Part shown: positions 10,093 through 20,109 of the stretch, in pieces
Position numbering within the stretch: the stretch's first letter is position 1
Layout: the number at the start of each line of letters is the position of its first letter
Assembly: GCA_946699565.1 (NCBI GenBank)
Contig: CAMPDW010000005.1
Location: forward strand, 20,978 to 84,977
Reading direction: 5' to 3'
DNA: 64,000 nucleotides
Source of the DNA: an uncultured Commensalibacter sp.
Lineage (GTDB): Bacteria > Pseudomonadota > Alphaproteobacteria > Acetobacterales > Acetobacteraceae
The notes under the pieces: generated by a model
Told to the model about the DNA's origin: nothing
The model's input: only the letters and a program-made list of their open reading frames with translations
Databases searched by the model: none
Program-made: the position numbers and the translations under genes

Positions 10093-10604
10093 AAAATCCT
10101 TGTCTTAATTATGTTTTTCCTGTTTCATATCAGAATAACATTTTTATTAACGCTTACTTACTATACATAAGAAAGAATATTTATTTTACAATTAATTTCA
10201 CAATAATTGAAAAAACAAAAAGAACATATATACTTGCGGAAATTTTATCAATTTTACATTTAATAATGCAGATTAAATTTTTTGGATTTTTGAATAAGAA
10301 AAAACTAGTCTAAGAAAAAGAAACCAAATAAATATTTCAAATATTATTATTACAAAAATTAATAAAGCTATTTAGGGATTTTTTTTCAAAAGAAATAATG
10401 AAAAATATACTTAGGACATAATAATGTCGTTCTAGACACAACTTGTACAACGACCTTTTTATTGCCTGTCATACCAGTTCTGGAATTTAATAAAAAATTT
10501 AACCAAGAAACAATTAAAACACATAAATGAAAAAGAAAATACTGATAAAAACCATAAGATTCTTAAGATTAATTTAAAAATTAAATTTTTAATAAAATAT
10601 GATC

Positions 10605-11333
10605 TTAATAACGATTAGGTTTCGGTAATAAAAATTTGATTTCCTTAATTTCACGAGATAACGCAGGAAAAGGATCTATACCTGTTTTTTGAATAAAAAA
10701 AGCAACACTCATTCGATAGCATATAGGTTCCAAAGTATTTTTACAAAAATATACGCCCGCTCTATTCAATGTTGGTATATAAACTGATTTCCACACCGCA
10801 AAAGGTACCCAAATACCATCATATCCAATTTTAGAAACAGGTTCTTGAAAATAAGAACCAGTTACAACAAATATTTGATTATATAAAATGGCCATCGATC
10901 TCACTTTATTTTCAATCCAATTCCATTTTCCACTATTTAATTTCTTAGTTTGCGGAATAATATTACTTGATGTAAAGGTTTGAATTTGCGACTGATAATC
11001 TGGCATATCACCACTTGGTACCATATGTCCCCGATCATAACCAGAATTACGATAATCTAAAATGACAGGATCATGACTATCAAAATGTCCATATCGTTTC
11101 ATTTTCCTACTAGCTATTACTTGATCTTTTGATAAAAATTCCGCAGCGTAAATATTTCCTAGGGTAACATCTGAAAAAGATGCTGAATAGTTTTTATAAC
11201 ATACTATTTTAACAGGCCAGTTTACAATTGGAATTTGACCAGACATATAAAATTGTGGACATGGAACTCGAGCTACTACATGAATAATTAAACAACATAG
11301 ATTAAGAATAAAGAAAAATAAAATTTTTCTCAT
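10605..11333 (-). CDS. Secreted DNA/RNA non-specific endonuclease (NucA/EndoG family)
   Basis: 242 aa with an N-terminal signal peptide (MRKILFFFILNLCCLIIHVVA). Catalytic motif YDRGHMVPSGD (DRGH). Confidence 0.85.
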   Translation of the reverse strand: MRKILFFFILNLCCLIIHVVARVPCPQFYMSGQIPIVNWPVKIVCYKNYSASFSDVTLGNIYAAEFLSKDQVIASRKMKRYGHFDSHDPVILDYRNSGYDRGHMVPSGDMPDYQSQIQTFTSSNIIPQTKKLNSGKWNWIENKVRSMAILYNQIFVVTGSYFQEPVSKIGYDGIWVPFAVWKSVYIPTLNRAGVYFCKNTLEPICYRMSVAFFIQKTGIDPFPALSREIKEIKFLLPKPNRY

Positions 11334-11721
11334 AATTTAATAACTTATACTTTTCAATTGAGAAACATAACCGACTGCAAAAAACCTTAAACATAATGAT
11401 TACCATAAAGCATTTACATTAGGATTATATAAATCTATTCTTGAAAACAAATTAAATTTTAAGTTATAAAATCAGAAAAAATCTTATTTTTTGAAAACAA
11501 TTTTGGCCATGATAAAAAACAAATATTAACAATTTGAGATGTATAAACTATTTTTTAAAAATAAGATCATCCATTCGCTATTCAAACTCAACATTTAATA
11601 ACATCAATTCGAAGAGGATTAATATAATTTCAATTAAATAAAACACACCAAAATTAAAAGGAATTTTAAAAATATGATTTTTTTTATTCTTACAGTATTT
11701 CCAATTTTATAAAAAAGAATT

Positions 11722-11796
11722 TGGAGCGGGCGATGGGATTCGAACCCACGACCCCAACCTTGGCAAGGTTGTGCTCTACCCCTGAGCTACGCCCGC
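11722..11796 (-). tRNA. tRNA-Gly (anticodon GCC), CCA encoded
   Basis: Reverse complement is GCGGGCGTAGCTCAGGGGTAGAGCACAACCTTGCCAAGGTTGGGGTCGTGGGTTCGAATCCCATCGCCCGCTCCA. It folds as a cloverleaf: 7-bp acceptor stem, anticodon loop TTGCCAA, T-loop TTCGAAT. Confidence 0.95.
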
Positions 11797-11968
11797 TCTG
11801 ATGAACGTAAAAGCCTTGTATGATATTTTTTTTAAAGATGCAAGCAGAAAAAATAAAAAACAAAAAATTATTTTCATTTCCTCTTCTTCATCTATTATAA
11901 TAGCAATGAAAACCAAATTCTATGAACTAGAAATAGCATAATAAATTATCTAATTAATTTTCATTGAA

Positions 11969-12973
11969 ATGACACAGGATCTGAACTTTATGGCACTTTT
12001 TAATACGCCTCCTAAACCTGCAAAAGGACAGCTTTTAACCGAACATGGAACGGTTGTCCAAACTCAAACAAAAGGATCTTCGAAAGCCAATATTATTGAG
12101 GGAAATCAGCAAAATTTCGTCCAAGAAGTTATTGAATCAAGCCAGAAAATTCCTGTTTTGGTTGATTTTTGGGCATCATGGTGTAATCCTTGTAAACAAT
12201 TAGCACCTATCTTGGAAAAAGTTGCAACTGCTACCCAAGGACGCGTAAAACTAGTTAAACTCGATATTGATGCCAATCAAGCACTTGTTCAACAATTAAT
12301 GCAAATCGGCTTACCTATCCAATCCATTCCTCTAGTTGCTGCTTTCTGGCAAGGTCAAATTGTAGATTTATTTCAAGGATCCCAAACAGAAAATACAATT
12401 CAGCAATTTATCAGCCAATTATTAAAAAAAGCTGGCAGTGCAATGCCAAGTACCGATTTAATCGAACAAGGTCAAGCTCTGATGGAGGATAAAAATTTTG
12501 ATGAAGCCATGAATATTTTTTCTCAAGCTTTAGAACTTGAACCTGAAAAACCAGAAGCATGGGCAGGATTGATCCGTGCCATTCTAGCTTCCTCTGGTGC
12601 CAAAGCCGCTCAAGAAAGTCTGGAACAAGTTCCTAAAACATTACGTAATAATGCTGAAATTATTAGCGCAAAAGCTGCGATTGATCTTGCGCTTGAAGGA
12701 AAGAAATCAATCAATGAGATGCAAGTTTTGGAAGTAAAAATCAAAGCCAATCCAGATAATTATCAAGCACGATATGACCTTGCAGCCGCTTTAAATAGTG
12801 CAGGTAAAAGAAAAGAAGCAGCTCAAGAATTACTTGAAATTATGAAACGTAATAAAAATTGGAATGATGAAGCTGCCAAAAAACAACTTTTACGTCTCTT
12901 TGAAGCGTGGGGTTTCGATGATCCTGCAACTTTACAAGCACGTCGACATTTATCGACCCTATTATTTTCGTAA
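11969..12973 (+). CDS. Thioredoxin-domain protein with C-terminal TPR-like region (YbbN/CnoX-like)
   Basis: 334 aa. Thioredoxin motif VDFWASWCNPCKQLAPILE, followed by a helical TPR-like C-terminal half. Confidence 0.8.
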   Translation: MTQDLNFMALFNTPPKPAKGQLLTEHGTVVQTQTKGSSKANIIEGNQQNFVQEVIESSQKIPVLVDFWASWCNPCKQLAPILEKVATATQGRVKLVKLDIDANQALVQQLMQIGLPIQSIPLVAAFWQGQIVDLFQGSQTENTIQQFISQLLKKAGSAMPSTDLIEQGQALMEDKNFDEAMNIFSQALELEPEKPEAWAGLIRAILASSGAKAAQESLEQVPKTLRNNAEIISAKAAIDLALEGKKSINEMQVLEVKIKANPDNYQARYDLAAALNSAGKRKEAAQELLEIMKRNKNWNDEAAKKQLLRLFEAWGFDDPATLQARRHLSTLLFS

Positions 12974-13015
12974 AAAATTAGATACTATGTTTACAAACTA
13001 TCTAAGGTTATAATA

Positions 13016-13234
13016 ATGAAACTAGATTCTCCTCCTATTGATCCGAAATTATTATCCGCTCTCGTTTGCCCAGTATCCAAAGGTCCACTGCTATATGATC
13101 GTGAAGCAAATGAACTGATCAGCTGTAATGCTGCTCTGGCTTACCCTGTAAGGGATGGCATTCCTATTATGATTGCTAATGAGGCTAGAGCTTTAACCGA
13201 AGAAGAAATTGAACATTATAAACGATCTTTATAA
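13016..13234 (+). CDS. Trm112/YcaR (UPF0434) family small protein
   Basis: 72 aa. [17 protein letters not shown]...[18 protein letters not shown] matches the family pattern. Confidence 0.8.
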   Translation: MKLDSPPIDPKLLSALVCPVSKGPLLYDREANELISCNAALAYPVRDGIPIMIANEARALTEEEIEHYKRSL

Positions 13235-13250
13235 TTATAACCGGTCTTAA

Positions 13251-13445
13251 CTAAAAATATTTTACTGTAAATATATCATATCCGCGTTTAAAATCATTAT
13301 ATAAAGCTTGTAATGTAAATTGAATAATGGAAGGGCAAGATTTATTTGCTTCTTCCATCACGTTTTTGATAATTTCATCAAAATCAATCTTGATTTCTAA
13401 CTGTCGTTTTGATTTTTTACCATAAGCCTGACGAACAGACTGCAT
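13251..13445 (-). CDS. Possible small hypothetical protein (64 aa)
   Basis: The only support is an ORF filling the gap downstream of the FUSC-like gene. No motif found. Confidence 0.25.
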   Translation of the reverse strand: MQSVRQAYGKKSKRQLEIKIDFDEIIKNVMEEANKSCPSIIQFTLQALYNDFKRGYDIFTVKYF

Positions 13446-13511
13446 CCTGAAAAAATAAAATACTTCCTTTAAAGCAATTTCAAGGACTTTTTCCGTTTCA
13501 TGATGAAGTTT

Positions 13512-14237
13512 TTAATTATAAGCATCCATAGCACGTGCAACAAAAATACTATCACTTTGTAACCGTCTTAAGAGAGGAAATAATTGAAGTAAAATTGGAT
13601 CAGTTTCTTCCAATATTGAAGTTGGGCGTTCCATACGTGCTTCTTCAATGTCACTGGCCAGCTCACGTAATTCAGTTATAATTTCATTATTCATGGACTC
13701 TACAACATCCCATGATATTCCAAGAATTAAAATCGCATGTAATAATTTATATAACTTGTTAAATATTTCTTCAGCATGTAAAAAAGCATGATAACGTGCT
13801 TGAGGACGTAATATACAATAACTCGATACTAACGAAGCCAACACCCCCACAACAATGGAAAAAATACGATCAAATGGTCGCTCAAATATCCTGCCGCCCG
13901 GCGAAGGAAATAAAAAAACCACCGCTAGGGTTACAACACCAAGTCTCATTGTCGGACGCCATGAAACCAACATAACCATTGGTATCATAACAATCGTAAA
14001 AACAATGATAGAAGACCAGCTAAAATAAATCTGTAAGGCAATCGCAATAATACCTCCAATACCACCAATAATTGATCCAATAATTTGATCACGGCTGGTT
14101 TGCAAAGTTTGCATTATACGACTTTGTGTAACGATTATAGCCGTTATTAAGGCCCAATAAGGTTCATTTAATCTACATAAATGCGCAAGTAAACTTGCAA
14201 ACGCGATAGCTAGCAATAAACGTACAGTTTGAGTCAA
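13512..14237 (-). CDS. FUSC/aromatic-acid-exporter-like inner membrane protein
   Basis: 241 aa. N-terminus NEPYWALITAIIVTQS...RDQIIGSIIGGIGGI is the typical FUSC-family core. Multiple TM helices. Confidence 0.55.
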   Translation of the reverse strand: MTQTVRLLLAIAFASLLAHLCRLNEPYWALITAIIVTQSRIMQTLQTSRDQIIGSIIGGIGGIIAIALQIYFSWSSIIVFTIVMIPMVMLVSWRPTMRLGVVTLAVVFLFPSPGGRIFERPFDRIFSIVVGVLASLVSSYCILRPQARYHAFLHAEEIFNKLYKLLHAILILGISWDVVESMNNEIITELRELASDIEEARMERPTSILEETDPILLQLFPLLRRLQSDSIFVARAMDAYN

Positions 14238-14305
14238 TGCCGGATATAAATTAAGTTTTTTAATCCCGAATTACATTCATTTTCGCAAATATTAAATCAT
14301 TATTT

Positions 14306-15859
14306 TTATTTCTTTTTTTCAGATATGAATGGAACAGCAACCCAATGCATAATGGATCCGCTTTGGATAAGCAAAAGCATTGATGTATGTTTTTTTCCGT
14401 CTTTCTTAATTAATTTTATAGCTTCCAGCAGTGTTTCAATATCATTCACCGTTTTCGTATTTGTCCCAACAATAACATCACCAGGTTTTAAACGCTGCAT
14501 AATATTTTTTTCTTTATGATTAACAGCAGTGATTACAATACCTTGTTGTTTCTCAGCAAGATTATATTTTTGCCGTAATAAATTGGTAATTGAACTAACA
14601 GTAATATTCAAATCCTTTATATCAAAAACTCTGACATTCACGGATTGATTATCGCTATCTTTATTTTCATTATTTTCTTCTAAATTTTGCACCCATAAAG
14701 ATAATATAATTGGTTTACCCCGCCGAATAACCGTTAAATTAACTTGAGTATGAATTGGCGTCGCAGCAATTAATCTTGGCATTGTATGAGCAGTAATGAT
14801 TTTGTCATTTAATTTTTGTATAATATCACCAGCACGCAGACCTGCTTTTTGTGCAGGACTATCTTTTTCAACTTTAACAATTAATGCTCCCTCAAAAGGT
14901 TTAATCGTTAAACTTTTTGCAATACTTTCATTAATATCTTGTATTTTTACACCAATCCAACCACGGGTTACTTTACCCTTAATTCGTAATTGATCAATAA
15001 TATTTTTCGCTTCATTGGATGGAATAGCAAACGCAATCCCTATCGAACCACCAGAGGGTGAAAAAATAGCTGTATTAATACCAATAATTTCCCCTTTAAT
15101 ATTAAATAACGGTCCACCGGAATTACCTTTATTAATAGGTGCATCAGTCTGAATAAAATCATCATAAGGTCCCTGTTCAATATCTCTTCCCCGTGAAGAA
15201 ATAATTCCAAAAGTAACAGTACCCGATAATCCATAAGGATTACCTATTGCTAAAACCCAATCCCCAATTCTTGATAAATCACTATTACCAAAATGGACAA
15301 TATTTAAGGATTCTTTAACATTGATTTTGAGTAAAGCGATATCCGTTCTTTCATCATATCCTTTTAACGTTGCCTTGACTGTTTGATTATTTTGTAAGGT
15401 AATTAAAATTTCATCAGCATCTTTAATGACATGATAATTAGTAACAATTAGCCCTGAAGAATCAATAATAAAACCGGACCCCAACGCTTGTAAATGATCT
15501 TGTCCATCATCAGGACCCGATTTACCATTCATATAATTATGAAAAAATTTTTCAAAGGGTGAATCTGGATCACTGTTTGAAGTATCCTCTGTACTTTCAT
15601 CATCATCGTCTTGTTGACCTGGTTTGAGAACACGACTAGTTGAAATATTTACGACAGTAGGAAGCAATTTTTCAGCAACATTTGCAAAACTACCAGAAGA
15701 ACATTGAGAATCTAATTTATCTGGAAATATTATATGTCCTAATAAAGGAAATTTAAAGAAGGCCTGTGCATGAACCTGTTGTATTGAAAATAAACCCATC
15801 ATTCCCATTGTTAGGATCCAATGATGTGTTGAAACCCTTTGAAAAAGATTTTTTAACAT
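14306..15859 (-). CDS. degP: Periplasmic serine endoprotease DegP/HtrA (Do family), two PDZ domains
   Basis: 517 aa with a signal peptide. Catalytic-triad context TNYHVI, DIALLK, GNSGGPLF. Two PDZ-like C-terminal regions. Confidence 0.92.
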   Translation of the reverse strand: MLKNLFQRVSTHHWILTMGMMGLFSIQQVHAQAFFKFPLLGHIIFPDKLDSQCSSGSFANVAEKLLPTVVNISTSRVLKPGQQDDDDESTEDTSNSDPDSPFEKFFHNYMNGKSGPDDGQDHLQALGSGFIIDSSGLIVTNYHVIKDADEILITLQNNQTVKATLKGYDERTDIALLKINVKESLNIVHFGNSDLSRIGDWVLAIGNPYGLSGTVTFGIISSRGRDIEQGPYDDFIQTDAPINKGNSGGPLFNIKGEIIGINTAIFSPSGGSIGIAFAIPSNEAKNIIDQLRIKGKVTRGWIGVKIQDINESIAKSLTIKPFEGALIVKVEKDSPAQKAGLRAGDIIQKLNDKIITAHTMPRLIAATPIHTQVNLTVIRRGKPIILSLWVQNLEENNENKDSDNQSVNVRVFDIKDLNITVSSITNLLRQKYNLAEKQQGIVITAVNHKEKNIMQRLKPGDVIVGTNTKTVNDIETLLEAIKLIKKDGKKHTSMLLLIQSGSIMHWVAVPFISEKKK

Positions 15860-16058
15860 ATTTATTCTTAATTCGTTATAAATAATATTATTTATTTTGA
15901 TTATATCAGATTCATTTTATTTAATTTGTTAATTTAAACTTAAAATCACATAAAAATAAACATAAATTTATCGGACATGATGTTTTTATCTTTAAACTGT
16001 CTTCAAATAAAACAATCATGATGTCCGTTCATTTTTTTAATTCAAATTCATTATAAAT

Positions 16059-17120
16059 TTAATTTTTATTTGCAATTAAAGCACGTAATTTAGCTCTTTT
16101 TTTATCCAAATATAACGATAAAAGATAAAGTAGATAAATAGCAATGCAATTCACACCAACCTGTAACAAAATGGATTGTCCCCAGCTTGCAAACATTAAT
16201 CGACCCCATAAGTCAAACAATGTGCTCAAAGAAAAAACTTCTAATGAATGTCGTCCCAACAAAGCCAAAATCTGACCAATTTTATTTTCTGAAAAACGCT
16301 TTGTCCATTGCGATGATTGAACCAAATAAAAAATAGCAATTACATCCATTAGACGTAAGGGAGACAAATATGTTTTGGCAGGTGTACGTAATTCAATAAC
16401 TCTTAAATCCGGAAGCCCCCAATATATCCACGGAAAAGCCTCCAAAAATGAAAAAAATAAATAAAGAATTGCTAGACTTTGTATCCATCGATTGGCAGGA
16501 AAATTTCCTTCATACTTACTTGCAAAAATTGAACCATAAATACCAATCACAAATAAAAACTGCCAAGCCAGAGGATTAAAAAACCATCCATCAGGATCAA
16601 GCCAGTTTGGAAAATTAAACCATGGATCCAAATTAACCCAACTCCATAAAAGACAACTTATGCTAAGTGCCAACCACCGACGATAGTTCATAATTAAATA
16701 AAAAACGGGAAAAAATGCCAATAAAATAATATATAGTGGTAAAATATTCAAATTACTTGGCAAGGCATCTAATAATAATAATCGCCAAAAAACTCGCACG
16801 ATACTGTGACCATGAGCAAGTTCCGGTTCTAAAAAGTCAACTGGCAAAACCCAAATGCGACGCCATTGGTAAATACTGAATAATGTAATCGCCACCAAAC
16901 TTATTTGATAAAGATATATTTTCCAACATCGGGCAAATATCCTCTTACATACATTATTAAACCCATCCCCTGGAATACGGCGACCATAGGCCAACCAAGA
17001 AGCATAACCTGCTAATAAAACAAAAATCTCTGCTGCATCTGCAAAACCGATATTACGCATTGTAAATCGATTTAAAAGATTTTCAGGAATATGATCAATA
17101 TACATCATAATCAATGCCAA
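16059..17120 (-). CDS. opgC: OpgC family acyltransferase-like membrane protein (track coordinates; the true start is probably upstream at 17177 or 17180)
   Basis: Polytopic membrane protein. The in-frame upstream sequence (LSTLPKKSKRDHRIDALRGLALIMMYIDHIP) carries the conserved OpgC N-terminus but has no ATG/GTG/TTG. CTG (17175-17177) or ATT (17178-17180) follows an AAGGA Shine-Dalgarno. Confidence 0.8.
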   Translation of the reverse strand: MALIMMYIDHIPENLLNRFTMRNIGFADAAEIFVLLAGYASWLAYGRRIPGDGFNNVCKRIFARCWKIYLYQISLVAITLFSIYQWRRIWVLPVDFLEPELAHGHSIVRVFWRLLLLDALPSNLNILPLYIILLAFFPVFYLIMNYRRWLALSISCLLWSWVNLDPWFNFPNWLDPDGWFFNPLAWQFLFVIGIYGSIFASKYEGNFPANRWIQSLAILYLFFSFLEAFPWIYWGLPDLRVIELRTPAKTYLSPLRLMDVIAIFYLVQSSQWTKRFSENKIGQILALLGRHSLEVFSLSTLFDLWGRLMFASWGQSILLQVGVNCIAIYLLYLLSLYLDKKRAKLRALIANKN

Positions 17121-17332
17121 GCCTCTTAACGCATCAATTCGATGATCCCTTTTAGATTTTTTTGGTAAGGTAGACAGAATTTTATTCCTTATTAATCATT
17201 TATTTAACCTTTGAATATGGAATATCCAACAAAAAATAAATTTAAAGCTTTATTAAAACTTTACAAAACAGTTATATCTTTTTTAAAATAAATAAATAAT
17301 TTTTTTTATAATTATTTTTATCAAGGTTTTAT

Positions 17333-18493
17333 ATGAATAACTCTTTTTCAATTAATCAGGAAACCATTAAAGAAGCTTTGGCGAATTTGATGATTCCGTG
17401 GTCGCCTAAAACTCGATTATTGGATACAGATTTAATTGAAACTATACATATAGATCAAAATAAAATCCATATCATGTTAAAGATTCAAAATATTGATCCG
17501 ACTCAGGCAGAACCTTTTCGAGCTAAAATCGAACAATGTTTAAGTCATTTACAAGGAGTTGAACAAGCCCGTGTTTTTATGAATGCCCTATCCTTGGATA
17601 AAAAAGATCTTACTTTATCAAAACACTTGGTTTTTCCACCAAAAAAATCAAACAATTCAGAATCAACCGTTTTATCTTTAAAGAAAAAGTACCTAGATAC
17701 AAATAAACCCATCGAAACTCTTAATACAGTCAAATGTATCATAGCTATTGCCTCTGGCAAAGGAGGAGTTGGTAAATCTTCAACGACTATAAATCTTGCA
17801 ATTACACTAGCACAAAAAGGATTAAAAGTTGGTATTATGGATGCTGACATTTATGGTCCATCCGTACCACATATGCTGGGTTTAAAAGGAAAAATTGAAG
17901 TAAGAAATCACAAGCTTATTCCCATGATAGCATGGGGAATTTCTGCCATATCCATTGGCATGCTCGTTCCCAAAGATCAAGCCGTTGTTTGGCGTGGTCC
18001 TATGGTCATGAGAGCAATTAAACAACTATTATCTGATGTTGAATGGGGAAAGTTGGATATATTACTAGTTGATATGCCACCCGGAACTGGTGATGTACAA
18101 ATTACACTCAGCCAATCCATTAAACTAGATGGAGCACTTATTGTATCTACTCCACAGGATATCGCATTACTAGATACAAAAAAAGGAATATATCTTTTTC
18201 AAAAAACTCAAATACCTGTTTTAGGAATTATAGAAAATATGTCTTATTTTTTATGTCCTCATTGCCAAGAAAAAACCTATATTTTTGGTAAAGATGGAGC
18301 AAAAAATGAAGCCTCAAAACTGCATATTCCATTTCTAGGAGAGATACCTATTTTACCTGCAATTCGTTCAGGGGCGGATGAAGGAATTCCCGTAACGGCC
18401 TTCAATCCAGAAGGACCAGAAAGTCAGGCGTATCAATCCATTGTGAGTCTTCTTTATCCTGTAATTAAAAAAATAAAAATAAAAAAGCAATAG
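17333..18493 (+). CDS. apbC: Fe-S cluster carrier ATPase Mrp/ApbC
   Basis: 386 aa. N-terminal DUF59-like region, deviant Walker A IAIASGKGGVGKSS, and the CPHC motif (LCPHCQEK). Confidence 0.9.
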   Translation: MNNSFSINQETIKEALANLMIPWSPKTRLLDTDLIETIHIDQNKIHIMLKIQNIDPTQAEPFRAKIEQCLSHLQGVEQARVFMNALSLDKKDLTLSKHLVFPPKKSNNSESTVLSLKKKYLDTNKPIETLNTVKCIIAIASGKGGVGKSSTTINLAITLAQKGLKVGIMDADIYGPSVPHMLGLKGKIEVRNHKLIPMIAWGISAISIGMLVPKDQAVVWRGPMVMRAIKQLLSDVEWGKLDILLVDMPPGTGDVQITLSQSIKLDGALIVSTPQDIALLDTKKGIYLFQKTQIPVLGIIENMSYFLCPHCQEKTYIFGKDGAKNEASKLHIPFLGEIPILPAIRSGADEGIPVTAFNPEGPESQAYQSIVSLLYPVIKKIKIKKQ

Positions 18494-18541
18494 ATTCTTA
18501 TATTAATATAAAGAAAGTTAGTTTTATCATGCTTATAATTT

Positions 18542-18883
18542 TCATTTTTTCACTTTTGGAGCAGGTCCAGCCAAAACATAACAAACTTGATTTTTAGGTA
18601 AATAATTACATAAAAAACCTTGTTTACCATCTTTACCTAAAATACCAAATTCAAATATTAATCCTAAAATCACAACAACGGCACATGCAATATACCAAGG
18701 TCGAAAAGCTTTCATATCCAATTTTTCATAAGGATCAGTGGGTTTAATATCTGCCAGAATATTAGAAGGATGTGTAAAGAAACTTTCTCCAAGAGATTCA
18801 TCTGTAGATGAACGCGTAGAATTACTAGGTAATTCATATTCATAACTATCTGACATCGAACTATTATTTTCTTTAGGATTCAT
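18542..18883 (-). CDS. Hypothetical single-pass membrane protein (113 aa)
   Basis: One clear TM helix (WYIACAVVVILGLIFEFGIL). Co-directional with thyX. No known motif. Confidence 0.5.
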   Translation of the reverse strand: MNPKENNSSMSDSYEYELPSNSTRSSTDESLGESFFTHPSNILADIKPTDPYEKLDMKAFRPWYIACAVVVILGLIFEFGILGKDGKQGFLCNYLPKNQVCYVLAGPAPKVKK

Positions 18884-18915
18884 AATAAGATAAGATAACT
18901 TTTATTTTTAAAGAT

Positions 18916-19098
18916 TTATTTCTTTTTATTATAATATGTTTCATGTAAATATTGGTTATCTGCATCCAAATTACGTCCAAAGGGAATAAACCACATTGAT
19001 GCAATAATTGCTATGAATAATAAAATAATCCCACCAACATATAAAAATTTTTCCATATTTAATCTTCTCATGAAGCTTGCAATTATTTTATTATTCAT
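18916..19098 (-). CDS. Small membrane protein (60 aa), translationally coupled to thyX
   Basis: Its start overlaps the thyX stop (ATGA, 19095-19098). One TM helix ([22 protein letters not shown]). Confidence 0.45.
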   Translation of the reverse strand: MNNKIIASFMRRLNMEKFLYVGGIILLFIAIIASMWFIPFGRNLDADNQYLHETYYNKKK

Positions 19099-20024
19099 TT
19101 TTCTAATTTATATTGATCTAAAACTTGCATCATTTCTTTCCATTCCCGTTTACTCAAACCACTATCAGCCTGTTTGACAGATTCCCCTCGCAAAAGTTTA
19201 CCAATAATTTTCATCATAGTAGAGGAAAATGTTACCGCATCTCTTCGATAATCTTCAAAAGCTTCGCATGCCAATGGAACCCATACACGAACTATTTTTA
19301 ACATTGCTTCAGCATAGACACGAATTTCATATTGAGCATGCATATCTATACGTAGTTGTAAGAAATGAAATAAATTATGTAAATTTACTTTCCAATACCA
19401 TTGACTGTAACTATTCAATGTAAGATTTATTCTTGCAAGTTCACGAGCCAACCCATATCCATTTTCTTTAGGTGACCGTAACATTTTTTCATAATCATCA
19501 TAACAATTTTGCGCATCATTACGTAAAAGAGTTAAAACCACTTCCGCTTGTTCAGCAGAAAGAACCTCTCCTCGACCTTGATGATTTATATTACTTTGAG
19601 CGGCTAAGACATGCGGATCAGGAAGATAAAATTCACGATCCATAATTGAATAACGTGCGGAATACTCATTTACACTTGCGGTACGATGACGAATCCATTG
19701 TCGTGCAACAAAAATAGGTAATTTTACGTGAAATTTAATTTCACACATTTCAAAAGGCGTTGTATGATAATGCCGCATTAGATATCGAATTAAACCTCGA
19801 TCTTCAGATACTTTTTTCGTTCCTGTTCCATAAGATACACGGGCAGCTTGAACAATAGCTGAATCATTTCCCATATAATCAATAACCCGGATAAAACCAT
19901 GATCCAATACAGGAAAAACATTAAAAAGCATTTCCTCTAAACCTGGTGAAATAGGACGTTTTGTATATAATTGTTGGCTAGATTGGGATTCTATCTCTGC
20001 TTTTTGTTCTTCTGTAAGTGTCAT
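19095..20024 (-). CDS. thyX: FAD-dependent thymidylate synthase
   Basis: 309 aa. ThyX signature [14 protein letters not shown] (RHRxxS) plus TPFE and WIRHR context. Confidence 0.92.
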   Translation of the reverse strand: MTLTEEQKAEIESQSSQQLYTKRPISPGLEEMLFNVFPVLDHGFIRVIDYMGNDSAIVQAARVSYGTGTKKVSEDRGLIRYLMRHYHTTPFEMCEIKFHVKLPIFVARQWIRHRTASVNEYSARYSIMDREFYLPDPHVLAAQSNINHQGRGEVLSAEQAEVVLTLLRNDAQNCYDDYEKMLRSPKENGYGLARELARINLTLNSYSQWYWKVNLHNLFHFLQLRIDMHAQYEIRVYAEAMLKIVRVWVPLACEAFEDYRRDAVTFSSTMMKIIGKLLRGESVKQADSGLSKREWKEMMQVLDQYKLEK

Positions 20025-20109
20025 AATATTTTATTTACTCACCTAAAGTATGACTAAAAGATAATTTATCTTAATTAAACTAAAACTCGTTTTACTAACC
20101 TATACGAAA

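Noticed and set aside
10426-10460. An orphan plus-strand terminator-like hairpin (GTCGTT...AACGAC followed by CTTTTT) in the gldA/nuclease intergenic region, possibly the end of an sRNA.
   Set aside because: The stem is only 6 bp with a 17-nt loop. There is no recognisable promoter or conserved RNA motif upstream, so it cannot be supported without expression data.
11334-11968. tRNA-Gly (and likewise tRNA-CAU at 44847-44920) as an integration site for a genomic island.
   Set aside because: There is no integrase gene and no direct repeat of the tRNA 3' end in the neighbouring sequence. The flanking genes are ordinary housekeeping genes.
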